Shown piece after piece: positions 1 through 13,062 of a stretch of DNA of 64,000 nucleotides. Made by a program: the position numbers and the translations under genes. The stretch covers positions 13,764,001 through 13,828,000 of the forward strand of contig JBHGNT010000018.1 in the NCBI GenBank assembly GCA_043228905.1. Reading direction: 5' to 3'. This stretch comes from Azolla caroliniana (taxonomy: Eukaryota; Plantae; Polypodiophyta). The notes under the pieces are model-generated. The model worked only from the letters and a program-made list of their open reading frames with translations. It was not told where the DNA came from and did not search any database. Position 1 is the first letter of the stretch; every line of letters starts with the position of its first letter.

Positions 1-219
1 CTAATAGTACTAATAGCCCAGATCTAGCGAACAGATTTGATGTCCTTAGTCAGTTAGAAGAAGAGTTAAACGACTAAGTTCAGCCAAAATAGGATTCGTT
101 TGGTTGGACAGCCCTAGATTTGTGCAGCCCATTAGTGGTTCCATTCCCTCTAAGCAAGTTAGTGATGTGTTCGTAGCCCAAGTAATAGTTAGTACTAAAA
201 GTACCCCTCCAGTACCTTT

Positions 220-3200
220 ATGGATAAGAAATTTGCTCAAGCTCATAAGATATCCCTAAGAAAACTCCAGTGTCCAGCCTCTGTAGTAGTCATTGATGGA
301 CGTCCCATTGCTTCCGGAAATATCATAGAAGAGTCAGAGCCCATTAATATTGTCCTAGATAACTTAGCATGTGTAGTATCATTTAATATTATTAGTATCC
401 CAGAACATCCCATAGTTTTAGGATTACCGTGGTTCGAGTTCCATAACCCAGACATAGATTGGAGAATAAGAGAAATCCGGTGTCGACAAACCCAAGGGTC
501 AACTCAGAAGATGGCAACCATTTCACTATGTCAGCTATGTTAGTTGCGTAAAGAAGGGCGCAAGGAAGAAATGTTCCTCTTTGCAATATCAGTAAACCCC
601 TCCAGCACCACTAAAGAAGAATCCACCGTTCAACTTCCCGAGAAGTATCGTCATTACGTCGATGTGTTCGATAAAGTACAAGCCAACACAATTCCTCATC
701 ATCGACCGTACAATTGCCCCATCGATTTACAGCCGGGAAAAGAGCCGCCATGGGGACCGATCTACAATTTGTCACCAACCGAGCTGGAAGTCCTTCGGGC
801 CTATATAGAGGAGAATTTGGAAAATGGTTTCATTCGGCATTCGAAATCTCCAACTGGCGCGCCCATTTTCTTCGTCAAGAAAAAGGATGGATCGCTTCGT
901 CTCGTTGTAGATTACCGTGGCCTGAATAAGGTTACAATCAGGAATAGGTATGCTCTTCCCCTTATCTCAAGTCTTTTAGAACGGATCAATGGTGCCAGGT
1001 TCTTCACGAAGATTGACTTACGTGGAGCATATAACCTCGTACGGATCCGACCAGGAGACGAATGGAAGACCACGTTTCGCACCAGATATGGGCACTTCGA
1101 GTATACGGTCATGCCGTTCGGCCTCACTAATGTGCCGACAGTCTTCCAGCACATGGCTAATGATATATTCCGAGATCTATTGGATGATTGTTTGATCATT
1201 TATTTGGATGATCTACTGGTTTATTCAAAGACCCAAGAAGAACATGATTCTCATGTACTATTAGTACTAAAACGACTTCGAGAACATGGTTTGTATGCAA
1301 AGCTGGAAAAATGTAGTTTCGGGTGCAACCAAGTGGAATTTCTCGGGTACATCATTTCGTCAGAAGGCATCTCCATGGACCCAGCTAAGGTCAAAACGGT
1401 GGTAGAATGGCAGACTCCGCATTCGGTGCGGGATGTGCAATGCTTCCTAGGCTTTGCCAATTTTTACCGGAAGTTCATACAAGATTACTCAAAGATCGTT
1501 CTACCTCTCACACAACTTACCAGGAAGGGACAACCGTTCATCTGTTCTGAAGAAACGGACATGGCTTTCGAGAGTCTTAAAAAGGCATTTACATCGGCTC
1601 CAATTCTAGCTCATGTCGATCCGGAAAAACCATTCATTATCGAAGTTGACGCATCGGATTTTGCATTGGGGAGCATTCTGTCACAACAGGGGAATGATGA
1701 GAAGCTACATATTGTGGCTTTTCACTCACGCAAGTTTGACACCGCCGAAATCAACTACGAAATTCATGATAAGGAGCTAATTGCAATAGTGGATTCTTTT
1801 ATGCAATGGAGGCATTATCCGGTCACTGTATTTAGTGACCACAAGAACCTTGCCTACTTTCAGGATGCTCGTGTGTTGAATCGACGTCAAGCTCGGTGGG
1901 CCCACTTCCTCACGCGTTTCGACTTCAAAATTACATATCGTCCGGGGAAGCACCAAGGGAAGGCACATGCATTATCACGGCGTTCGTATCTAGCACCCCG
2001 TCCCGGCGAGCCAGCTTTCGATAACCAAAAACAAGTCATCTTGGGACCGGCACGACTACAAGCAACACAGATCTTTGACATGCCCATGGATTCCCACGTT
2101 ATCGATACCATACGCGAAGACTTGAAGACAGATGCGTTCGCCCAAGCTATACTAGCACAAATTGATCCCTCTCGCGCGTCGTGTTCACAGTCGCAACCAC
2201 CAGGTACAGACTATCGGCAATTCAAATACCATGATGGATTACTCTTCTTTAAAGAACTTTTGTATGTTCCTAATGGTTCTTGCCGCCTTCAAGTAGTACA
2301 AAACTATCATGACACATATACAGCTGGGCATTTTGGTAGTACAAAAACATTACATTTAGTACAACGATCATTCTGGTGGCCCTGTATGTGACAATTTGTC
2401 GAGGATTTTGTTCGGACTTGTGATACATGCTGTAGAGCGAAAATGCCAAGGCATCATCCATATGGTTTATTAGAACCATTACCAATTCCAAGCAAGCCGT
2501 GGCAATCCATTGCTCTAGACTTCATCACAGATCTTCTAGTCTCTAAGGGGTTCAATGCGATTCTAACGGTGGTCGATCGATATACGAAGATGGCTCATTT
2601 CTTGCCATGTACTAAGGAGATCTCCAATGAAGACACTGCCGAAATTGTCATGCGTGAAGTATGTCGGCATCATGGACTTCCCGATAGTATCATTGGCGAC
2701 CGTGGACCCCAGTTCGTGTCAAAATTCTGGAAGCACCTTTTTAACATGCTCAAGGTCACTTGTAACCTCTCCTCCAGCTACCACCCCCAAACCGATGGCC
2801 AAGCCAAACAAACCAATCAAACGCTGGAGCAGTATCTGCGGTGCTTTCTCAGCTATCATCAGGATGACTGGGCAGATATTCTCCACTTCGCCGAATTTGC
2901 CTATAATAACTCTATCCACGCATCCACTAAAGTTACGCCATTTTATGCTTATACGGGATGTCACCCCCGGTGGTGTGTACTTGAAAACCCAGAGGTGTCC
3001 ACAAATCCTTGCGCAGAAGATCGTTTGGAGAGGTTACGCAAGATACAAGCAGATGTATCTACTCACCTCCAACAAGCTCAACAAACACACAAGGTTTATG
3101 CGGATCGTCATCGACTCCCATCTAGTTTTAACATTGGAGATCGGGTATGGCTACTCCGACGACACATCAAGACCACTCGCCCATGCGAGAAGTTGGATTA

Positions 3201-3600
3201 TCGGCGATTAGGTCCTTTCCGTATTATAGGAAAGATTAATGATGTCGCTTTTCGTCTTGATCTACCTCCACAACTTCGGATACATCCGGTGTTTCATAGT
3301 TCTCTCCTCGAACCCTATCAAGAGAGCACCATCCCAGGACGTATTACACAGCCTACACCCCCGATCGAGCTTGAAGATGGACCTGAGTACGAGGTTGCTG
3401 CCATCCTTGATTCCAAGATTGTTCGCAACAAGCTCTAATATCTAGTCGATTGGCTAGGATATAGTCCCAGCGAGCGTACTTGGGAACCGATAGAGAATGT
3501 CACCAATGCTCGTGCTCTTCTTGAAGACTTCCATCGTCAATATCCAGAAAAACCGGGTCCTCAATCCAAAACGACTCATTACACTCGTCATTTTAACGTA
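220..3600 (+). pseudogene. Gypsy pol polyprotein (partial protease, RT, RNase H, integrase, chromodomain) with 3 in-frame stops
   Basis: ORFs 220-543, 544-2391 and 2443-3438 share one frame. Motifs: LGLPW (protease C-terminus), YLDD (RT), DASDFA (RNase H), H-x6-H...C-x2-C zinc finger, TDGQ and GPF (integrase). Stops at 541, 2389 and 3436. Confidence 0.92.
3385..3555 (+). other. Chromodomain at the integrase C-terminus
   Basis: Reads EYEVAAILDSKIVRNKL*YLVDWLGYSPSERTWEPIENV, a classic group-I chromodomain with one premature stop. Confidence 0.88.
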
Positions 3601-3601
3601 G

Positions 3602-4037
3602 TGTCATGATATGGCAAGACTCGAACCCATGACCTTATGCTACATGGGTCGAGCTTTTGACCATTAGACTATACATTGTAATACATAGAATATTATTTTC
3701 ATTTATGTTTTATTATAGAAAATTGATGTATATTCCAGATTTCTCTGGAACATTCTAGAAACTTCAGGAGTATTCCTTAGAACACTATAAAAGGAGGTAC
3801 AAGGCATTATTTCGAACCAAATCGGTTCAACGCCAGTCTTAAGCCTCCTAGCTACTGTACATTTTCTTCACATAATATATATCTTTTCTTATCATCACTC
3901 TCTCTCTCTCTCTCTCTCGATCTCTCTCTCCCTCCCTCTCACTCACTCTTTCCTTCTCTCGAGAGTTCTTCACCTCTCCTAGTACTAATACTTCTTTTAG
4001 TACTAATTCCTTCTCTGTCTTAGTACTGTTCCTGACA
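3602..4037 (+). repeat. 3' LTR of the Tcn1-like element
   Basis: TGTCA...TGACA inverted termini directly after pol; TATAAAA at ~3786; CT-rich R/U5 region. Confidence 0.8.
3606..3678 (-). other. Degenerate tRNA-like (Pol III A/B box) cassette in LTR U3
   Basis: Minus strand: A box TAGTCTAATGG (3671-3661) and B box GGTTCGAGTC (3627-3618) at tRNA-like spacing; the stems pair poorly. Confidence 0.6.
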
Positions 4038-7000
4038 ATGACTTTTGCTGACCGAACGAGAAGGTTCGAGTCAAGCAAAGCTTCGATTGAAGTTATCGAT
4101 TGTAGAGCAATGATCCGGTCGAGGGATTTCCGACCGTTGAGACAACCGATGGAGTTCCGGTCGAAAAGAGTTGCCATGGCGAGTGGGTTCACTGTGCAAT
4201 GCACTGTCCCACAAGCGTGCCATGTGTTACCCGTAAGAATATATGGGGAGGCATAAGGGTATGTGTAATGATGTGGTATGTGTATGTGTAAAGTAAATGA
4301 GTGTGTGAGGATGAGTATGTGTATGGACACATGCACAATTATGTGCATGTGTACAAGAATGTGTAACGGTCTTATTTATAACAGTCATGTAACCGTTACA
4401 TTGGATGTATTATGTAAACCCCCTATGGGGTATGTAATGAAATATACATTTTTCCCCTCTCATTTTGTGTCATTTCCTATTTTTCCTTCTCTCTAGCTTT
4501 CTCTTTATCGTAACCCCCTTGGAAGGGGGGTGAAGCCATTCTAGGCCACCCCCCACCCCATTAACAATGGGCCATTAGAACCTGCTATTAATAGTTTTTG
4601 AATGACGTAGACTTGTCACAGTTCAAATATAGTAATAATAACTCTTTAATAACCACCACTCGTAATGAATACTAAATGATTTGTTGGCTTGTCCATTTAT
4701 AGTCTGAAAAGGATAGTGCCAAGAAGTAATAATAACAAGAATATTTTTCTGTTATACTTTTGCCAAGATTTGATTTGTTTTTTTATTTTTTATTTGTTTT
4801 CTATTTACACTTTTGTCCTTTTGTCAACTCACTGAGTAGTCGTCAGACTATCGGGTTCGACTCCGAGTCCGAATGGATTATCCGGTGTAGGACCTTGATA
4901 CGGTTTCAATTGGAATCCATTCACCCATTTAGGTATGATCTCCCTAGCTAATTTGACGACTTGGTATGTACCATTCTTACTGTCGACAATCCAAAAAGGA
5001 CCGGTCCATCAAAATTAGAGTTTACCCGACAGAACCCATCTTTGTTTGGAATACTAAGACTGGCTTACCGACTTCGAACAGGTTTATCTTTTTTTGTCGA
5101 TGTCGGTCGCGCCTTTGTTCGTCTTTGCTTTTGTTCTAGATTACACATGGCTTGGATCTGACTTTCTTCTAGCAATATCAATTGTTCCTTCCGAACCCGT
5201 TCTGACTGCTCTTCATCAAGTCCTTTGGTAATTTGCACACGCAATGTCAGAACTTGAAATTTTACAGGCATTACCGCTTCCAAGCCAAATTTCATTCGAA
5301 ACGGGGTCGATTTCATCATTGTCTTGTACGTAGTATGGTATGCCCATAAGGCATTATGTAACTTCTGATCCCAGTCGGTTCTATTCTCCTTAACTATTTT
5401 TCTCAAAATCATTTGTAATGTCTTGTTAGTTGATTTGGCCAACCCATTCGCTTGAGGATAATACAAAGTACTCTTTTTATGTACAACTACATAGTAATTT
5501 GATAATTCATGTACAATTCTATTTATAAAATGAGTACCTTGAGCACTTACTAGTTCGATTGGGCACCCGAATCAACACCATATGTTTTCATAGAGAAACT
5601 TTGTTGTTGATGATGCTATATTATCTGGAAGTGCTTTGGCTTCGACCCATTTCATACAGTAGTCGATGGCAATGATTATGTACCGATTGTTGGTTCTTGC
5701 AGTTGTCGGCTTGAATGGTCTAACAAAGTCGACACCCCATTTCTAAAACAGCTCCAATCGTAATATCGTTGGTGCGGCATCCTATCTCTTTCGGTTGGTT
5801 GTCCGGTCTGCTAGCATAAATCGCATTATCGACGGTAGTCAACTGCATCTTTTGTTGTAGTTGGCCACAATAGACCACTATTCCAAATTTTTCTGGCAGT
5901 CGTTTCCCCAACATAGTGTCCTCCGACAATACCGCAATGGGCCTAACACAAAACTGCTTCCTTTTCAAATTGTTGAACTGCGCACCGCCATATGTTGTCT
6001 GCTCCCTTATGGTATAATGTATCGTTTAACAGACAGAAATTCTTACTCCAAACTACTAGCCTCTTTCGTTGATCCAATGTCATTCCTTTTGGTGATAATC
6101 CAGTACTACAAAAGATTTTCATTTCTATAATCCATAAATCTGCCTTTTCTTCATCCATTTCTGTGGACATCATTGTGTCGACTCGGAAGAGTTGAGAGTC
6201 GGGAAAATCATCTTTTACTCTTGTACCCGACTCTCCCGACCCTAGTCGACTCAGATAGTTGGCCATTGCCTGCTACACCCTTGGTCGGTGAATTATGTTG
6301 AATTCAAATTCCTACAACAACAATGTCCATCTGGCTAATTTTCTAGTTAATTCCTATTTCAACACCAAGTATAATAATGTCGAATGGTCAAAATGGAATG
6401 TGAATTTCTGACCCAACAAGTAATGTTGAATTTATTAACATTGTATATCATGCCGAGAGCCTCGCGTTCAGTTGTCAAATAATTTCGTTTGGTCGTTGCA
6501 TTGTTGTTAAAAAACGCGTACTTTATAGATAGAGTACATTTTAGAATACCCACGCGTATTCTAAACGTATTCAACCTTTTGGAACTGACATTTTTTCTAA
6601 GCCTAAATTTGTAAATAATTTAAAAATTAATTTTCTAGGGTGTTTTTTAGTAGAGAAAAAGAAAATAATTATGTAAATATTTAGACACCATTTATCCATG
6701 GGCAATAAAGATAATTGGTATTTACTATATAGTATTCAAATTCCAAGTATCTTTGCATTCAACATCTATGGTGTTGAAGTATTCAATGTATTCAACGTAT
6801 TCAACATATTCAAAACGTACTCAAGGTATTCAACGTATTCAAAACGTATTCAACGTATTTTACCTTTAAATACGTATTCTAAGAACTTATAAATTTTTTT
6901 AGAATACTTATAAAATACGTAGCATACTTATTGTACCCGTACGGTATGCTATGTATGTTACAACCATGGGTCATTGATAACTTCCGACTCGTGTAGTACA

Positions 7001-10000
7001 TCGACCTGTACTAGTTTGGTTCTATCAGTTGCATTAACGAACTTCCAATTGCTACATATGATGCATCGACAAAGACATGAAAATCATTTTCCCAATCGGG
7101 AGGTTGTACTACCAAAACCTTATTTAGCATCTTTAGACAATCATATGCATCTTGGTCAGTTGGCGTCCATTGAAAAGGCACTTTATGAACGGTCGTATGT
7201 AAGGGTGTCGCCACATCGGCTAAATACCGAATCATCTAACTATGCCATCTAATCTGGCCCAAGAATCGACTAAGGGCTTTGGCATTTGTCGGAGGTGGAG
7301 CGTCCATTATTGCCTTCACCTTGTCAGGATCGACTGGACTACCTTCCCGACTGACAATATGGCCGAGCAGTGTACCGCTCTTCACTCCGAATGCACATTT
7401 AGCAGGATTGAGACTAAGTCAACCTTGTCGACACTGTTCCAAACATAATCGGAGATGTTCCAAGTGATCGGCTTTTCTATCGTATACTGCAAAATCATCC
7501 AGCTTTTGGTTTTTCTTGGGTACGACGACTATTGGACTTAACCAAGTTGCCTTTTTTACTGGATGAATGAAATCGACCCTAAGCAGTTTGTCGATTTCCT
7601 CTTTCACTTTAACTGCATAATTCGGATTTAGCATGTATCGACGTTGTTGTACCGGCTTCACATCTCTATGTAAGTTGATTTGATGTTGACAGAATGCCAG
7701 ATCTAACCCATTCATATCTTCAAACGACCATGCAAACACATCTTTATACTGTCGTAACAACTCGGTCATCTTAGCCTTTTTAGCCAACTCCATTTCCTTG
7801 GCAATCAAAATCATCTTTGGTTCGTTATCCTTGTCGGCTAAATTTAATTCTTCTAATGTTGATGCCTGAACTCTTTTGGATACCTGCATTTCCCTTTTTG
7901 TAGCTTCATGTTGGATTTGTATTTCCTTCATTGTTTTGTCATGGAAAGGAATCTCCTGTTCTTTCGCCTCCTCATTGAAATATGGCGTGAGTGTTTGCAT
8001 GATGTCGACTTCGAATAGTGGAATAATTTTTGGATTATCTTCGAAGTATTGTTCTTCTTTGTCATCATCCAATCCTTCCATCATGTTTACTGCTTCGGAA
8101 TGGATTGGTAAACATTGCCGAGTCGTGTTAACCTTTTCTTGTGTGGACACCCAAATCTTGTTCTTCCCCTTTCGGAATGTCAAAGTATTATTGTTCCAAT
8201 TCTGTTTAATGTTAGCAGTTTTTAGCCAAGATTGACCTAATAACAATGGATAGGCACCGGGTGCATCTAGATTAAGCATTATTACTGAAATTTGAAAACT
8301 ATGGCCCCCTATAATAATATCTAATTGTTGAAGTAGACCAAGTGGTCATAGCATGCTTGTGTCGACCATTCGTAACTAGAAGGGACAAGCATCCCATTTG
8401 GTAATGCCAAGTTGATCACATGTGAGTTTAATAATCACATTAACTCTCGAACCCCTATCGACAATACTCCCTGTGACTTCCTGTCCATGAATTGCCACTT
8501 TAATTGGTGGACTATGCTCATCCATCACCATCAGTCTAGTAACCGGATTATTATAATTGACCGATACTTTATCTGCCCCATTCTACGCAATAATTGTGTC
8601 TACTTTCTCAGTAAACGAGGCACTAATTTCAACAAGCCAGTCAATGGTAACGACACTTGGCAATTTGCCACGACTTTCCATATCGCCTCCTCTTCAATTG
8701 TTATAGTCGGCATCGTCCGCTCCACTAGCCAACACTCCAACTTGTCTGTCGATATGGCACTTTCTTGCAACATTTTGGCGACATTGTTGTTATTAGCCTC
8801 CTCAACCCATTCTTTGGGTACTTTCCTTACCGCCTCCTACACTTCCCACTCTGATTGTTTACCCTTATTGCGAGTGGTTACCTGCTACAGTATCTCTGGC
8901 ATGACCATATTAATCGCCTTTATCTTTTGTTGGACATTGCTTATCATAGTGGCCATCCTTTCGGTAAATGTAATAATTTGGCACCATTGAGGCGCTCGAT
9001 TCACCAAGTTCATACTGAGGTTGACAAGCATCTTGAGATTTTGAGTTATCTTTGTCCCTAGGAGCTTATTGGAACTGTCGAGATCTTTTCGACTTCATTG
9101 AATCGACGATTTGATGGGAGATTGTCGTCATTACTTTTGTGATTTGTGGACCTTCTATTGTCTTGATATTGACCACCCCTATAAGGTTGCCAATTATTAA
9201 TATCCCGGAGGGTGAATACTCTTGTTCATAATTGTTCCGACTATCACGTTGATAATCATGTTGTCGGTCATCTTCCCGACGATATCCATTATATCAGTCA
9301 TCACGCCGATATTCATCGTGTCGATAATTATCATACCTGTGACTCTCATTTCTGCGGTTATCATCGCACCACTCTGCTCGATACCGATCATCATATCTTG
9401 GTTGATCATCTTCTTGCAACCGATGCCCAAACCGATTCCGATCCTTGGGAGCATTATTCTCAAGGTGAATCTATTGAAATCATGTGGCTATCTTGTTGAG
9501 CAAATTATACTCACATTGATTAACCAAATGATGGAAAATTGTACAATGAGTATGTAAACTGCATTCCATTGTCGAATGCACCGTGTTGAGACAAGTGGTA
9601 CATTGCACCGCTTGTCAGAACTGCAACTCTTCTACTAGGTAAATTTTTGTGTAATGCTGACATATTCATACTATTATTAGTACGATCTATTGCTAAAGCT
9701 TTATCGAGCAATGCTAGAGTTGTTCAAAGAGTCTCATGTATCGCTTCCAAGAAGATATCCTTTAGCTCTTCTTCTAGAATCGATCGTGAAATTTGGAGTT
9801 GCAAATTTTGAAACCGAATCACGAATTGTGACATTGTTTTATGAGGCTCCTAATATGTTGCAAAAAATTCGCTAATTAGACTTTGCGGCTATCGATGAAA
9901 TAATTGGGTAAACTTTGCGGCTAATTGTTCGAATGAGTTGAATGCCTTTGACCCATTTTGGGCATACCAATTCGCCAACGGACCGTCAAATGATAGCATG

Positions 10001-10900
10001 AACTCAGCGATTTTTTATTTTTCTTCAGCTGCAACTGACAGTCGTTGTGCCACATGGTTCACGTCCCATGTCGTCAGAAAATTGAGCACATGCGCTTCCG
10101 CATCAGCTCGATCCCAATACTTTGAGTAAGGGTAAGGCATATTGTCTTCTTCCCAAATGTCGTAAAAAGAACTATGTTTGGACTACTCCTCGTCCAAATG
10201 ACTATCAATTAAATCGGGAATTGCACTCCACTCTCCCTCAACTTCTTGCTGAGTCTGATTGATAGGTACCGAATCGTCAGCACTCCCACCTACTACACGT
10301 TGAGTCTCTGATCATGTGCATGGTTTTTTTCGGCCTATAGGTGTATCTAGAGTAGATGACATCCATTCCCCTTGAGTAATCGGGTCAAGGAATCGTGGTC
10401 GTGTAGGAGATTAAGGTAGGGCCGAGTAGGGCTGAACCGTTAACGATAACCAGCTACAACCGATTTGCACCCCACATCTTATAGGTTAAATAATAGAATC
10501 GAGAATAGGATTTAGATGAGATAGATGCAGAGATGACCCAAATAGTATATGTATTAACTACGAAATAGAAAAGATTACAAGAGGTAATACAGACCTATGA
10601 TAAATCGGTAACTCTCTCTCTCTTAGTACAAGTCTTCTAATCTAGATTTTATCACTCTGACTCGTAACAGGATATTTTCTATCTCTCTTTCTTTCTGCTT
10701 CTTAACGATTTATATAGCCTACGCGTTTCGGCTACTTCCTCCTGATTCTTGGTCTTTTTTCATGGTTGTTTGTCTTTCGGTTTACCTTCCTCGGCTGCTA
10801 GTGCTCGGCTTGTTTCTCCTTTTCATACTTGACCTACTCGTCCATTTTCACACTTTACTTTTAAGATTCTTTTCAACCCTCATGCCTTTTGTCCCACAAT
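4038..10900 (-). mobile_element. Heavily decayed non-chromoviral Ty3/Gypsy element (Athila/Selgy-like); boundaries approximate
   Basis: Minus-strand fragments in order: gag (~8850-10200, with an R/D-rich region), protease (~8250-8500), RT (7419-8279, internally deleted), RNase H (FHVFVDAS, 7011-7235; NYLTTERE, ~6480) and integrase (YYPQANG...ALWAY, 5065-5968). A PPT-like G-tract lies at 4549-4559. Confidence 0.8.
6499..6968. mobile_element. hAT-family MITE inserted in the Gypsy RNase H
   Basis: TIRs CATTGTTGT / CATGGTTGT; 8-bp TSD GGTCGTTG (6491-6498) / GGTCATTG (6969-6976); many internal ACGTATTC repeats. Confidence 0.8.
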
Positions 10901-11024
10901 AACAATCTGTAAAGTGTGTCATCTTTCATGATGCTTTATGCCCCTTAGAGTGGTATTCTCCACACATATGTTTCATGTTGGTTCCATGATGATTGGGACA
11001 TGTGGGATGAGCTTGAGCTTGAGC

Positions 11025-11096
11025 TTGAGCATCATCCAATGGAAGGGCACTAGATTTGCAAAATCTAAAGACTTGGATTTGAACCTTGCCACTTGC
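11025..11096 (+). other. Degenerate tRNA-derived sequence (Cys-GCA-like; possible SINE head or pseudo-tRNA)
   Basis: D-loop-like TCCAATGGAAGGG, perfect anticodon hairpin TAGAT-TTGCAAA-ATCTA, then a degenerate T loop GGATTTGAACC at canonical spacing. Confidence 0.4.
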
Positions 11097-11599
11097 AAAA
11101 CTTTAGCATAAAATTTTTCATATTCATTGAATTCCTTTCTTCAACATGAATCACATTTTAAAAAAACATACTTTTGCTAAAAATTAGAGTGGAAATTTGG
11201 CCTAGAGGATAGCAAAGCAATAAATCTATGTTGCTAGCTCCAACTTGCACCAAGCAGAAAATAAAATCAAGGGCGATTTCTTTGGGCTCACACAAAAAAG
11301 TGTGATTCAGTAGGTTCAATGAGGACAAGAACGTGTTACTCTCATGGAGAGCCTTATTGAGCACTTTTTTGTGTGTTGAGCCATATCGAATCATGAGTGC
11401 TTGTCTTTCAATCATAGACTGAAGATAGGCGAAATGTTCATTGAGTGGTGAGTGGTTTGCTTAATTTACATTCCTAGGTGATCTTGTAGCCAAGGATCTC
11501 TCGAGGTTATCATTTGACTTTCCTTATTATGCATAAAGGTAATGCTTTTAAGATTGTGTTTAGTTCAAAATGACTTGCTTGTATTTTTCAAAGATAGAG

Positions 11600-13062
11600 C
11601 AAAGCAAAAGATGCAGAAGGCATCGACGAGCACAGAGCAGGCCGCAGGAGGCGCGAATAGTGCAGCAACCATGATAGGAACGTACAGGAGGTCAGCTACG
11701 GAACAGCCACAAATGTGATCGGCGGTTGGATTGTACATGTGAATAGAGGAGTCCAATGCACCCCCCCAATCATCGCCTCATTTGTGTGATGAGATAGTCG
11801 ACCTCGTGCTGTCAAAAGAGGATAAAATCATAGTGGTAGGTGAGGTACATAGGTTGGAGGCATTTTCACTAGTTGTGCAGGTGCAGGGTTCAAGACCAAA
11901 TCGATTAGAACTCCGTCATATTTTATATGCTACTTTTTCAAAGGAAATGGATAACATCCTTGACATTCAATTTATGTCCAGAGGATGCTACCATGTGGAG
12001 TTCGCAGATGAGGAGTCTGTCAACAAGCTTTTAACAATTAAGGAGGCGGGTGTGGAAGGTGTGTGGATTTCCTTTCACAAATGGTCACATAATGTTAAGG
12101 TGGATGACATTTTATAGGATCAGGAAGCTAGCATGGTATTTTCAACAGTATTCGTTGGTTTGCGGAAGGAGTGGAGGAACGTTCTTCCTCGCATTGGGGC
12201 TTTACTAGGTAAAGTCATTGCTACGTGCGATGGATAGGCTGTTGTGTCAGATAGAGGTGGTGGGGTTCCAGCAATTCAACTGATCGCACCAAGAAATGTT
12301 TGATTGCCTACAACTATAGCTTTACCTAATTAAATTAATAATAAACCTCCGGTGTTGCAAAAGGTGTATTATCAAGGTTTGCCGGATCAATGTTTTATGT
12401 GCCGTCAATTTGGTTATTTAGGTCGAGATTGTTAGAAGTGACGTCCAAATGTAGAAGCCCATAGGCCTAATCAAGCAGTGGTTACTAATGATGGCTGGTC
12501 TACGGTTTCAACAAAACATGTTTTTAAACCGACTAATACAGTGATTAATCGAGTCTTATTACTTGAGGGCAACCCTTTTCACTCTTTGCAGGAAGTGGAA
12601 AAGGATGCGAGTAATTTTAAAATGGAGAGCAGACTTTCTCCATCAGTTTTTACAAAGGAACATCGTTGGGCATATAAGTCCAAGGACATCCTTTCACAGG
12701 TACAACCTTTGGAATTTGTTAATAAACTTAATAATCAACTTAATAAGGGTAAACAACACGTTTTTGATCATGTACAACAATCTGATATGCCCCTAAGCCT
12801 GATTGGCATTCAACAAACTGAAGTGGGCAAGGTAGACATTGCACATGTTGACATGAATTGTGAAGCTATAGTTGCTTTCACTGCAATGGATAGGTCTTCT
12901 AATAGGTTTCATATAGTAGATAAACACATCCCAGTGCGGTCACATAAGTTGATAGGGAAAGACCTCTGGTCTAATAGGAGACAATTACGGGCCTCAGAGG
13001 ATGGAAGAAAGGGCAGAGATGTTGCACTTGCCGAAAGAAGAATAGGAGGAAAATATGAATGA
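11600..13062 (+). pseudogene. L1 ORF1 (DUF4283-like region plus zinc knuckle)
   Basis: GCYHVEF...WISFHKWS; CFMCRQFGYLGRDC at ~12391; several stops. Confidence 0.72.

Larger units (their letters stand above)
1..4037 (+). mobile_element. Ty3/Gypsy chromovirus LTR retrotransposon (Tcn1-like); 5' part lies outside the window
   Basis: Domain order PR-RT-RNaseH-IN-chromodomain in one frame, followed by an LTR with TGTCA...TGACA termini (3602-4037). Confidence 0.92.

Noticed and set aside
3848-4496. ORFs 3848-4348 (-) and 4038-4496 (+)
   Set aside because: They span an LTR junction and simple repeats, with no protein motifs.
4069-4864. Isolated B-box-like GGTTCGAGTC (~4063-4072) and GGTTCGACTCC (~4854-4864)
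   Set aside because: No convincing A box or cloverleaf at the proper spacing.
9197-9557. Ile/Met-rich and His/Asp-rich ORFs on both strands
   Set aside because: Alternative-frame readings of the R/D-rich low-complexity segment of the decayed minus-strand gag.
4038-10900. Pairing 4038-4548 and 10440-10900 as the two LTRs of the minus-strand Gypsy
   Set aside because: No visible sequence similarity between them and no clear PBS; boundaries left approximate.
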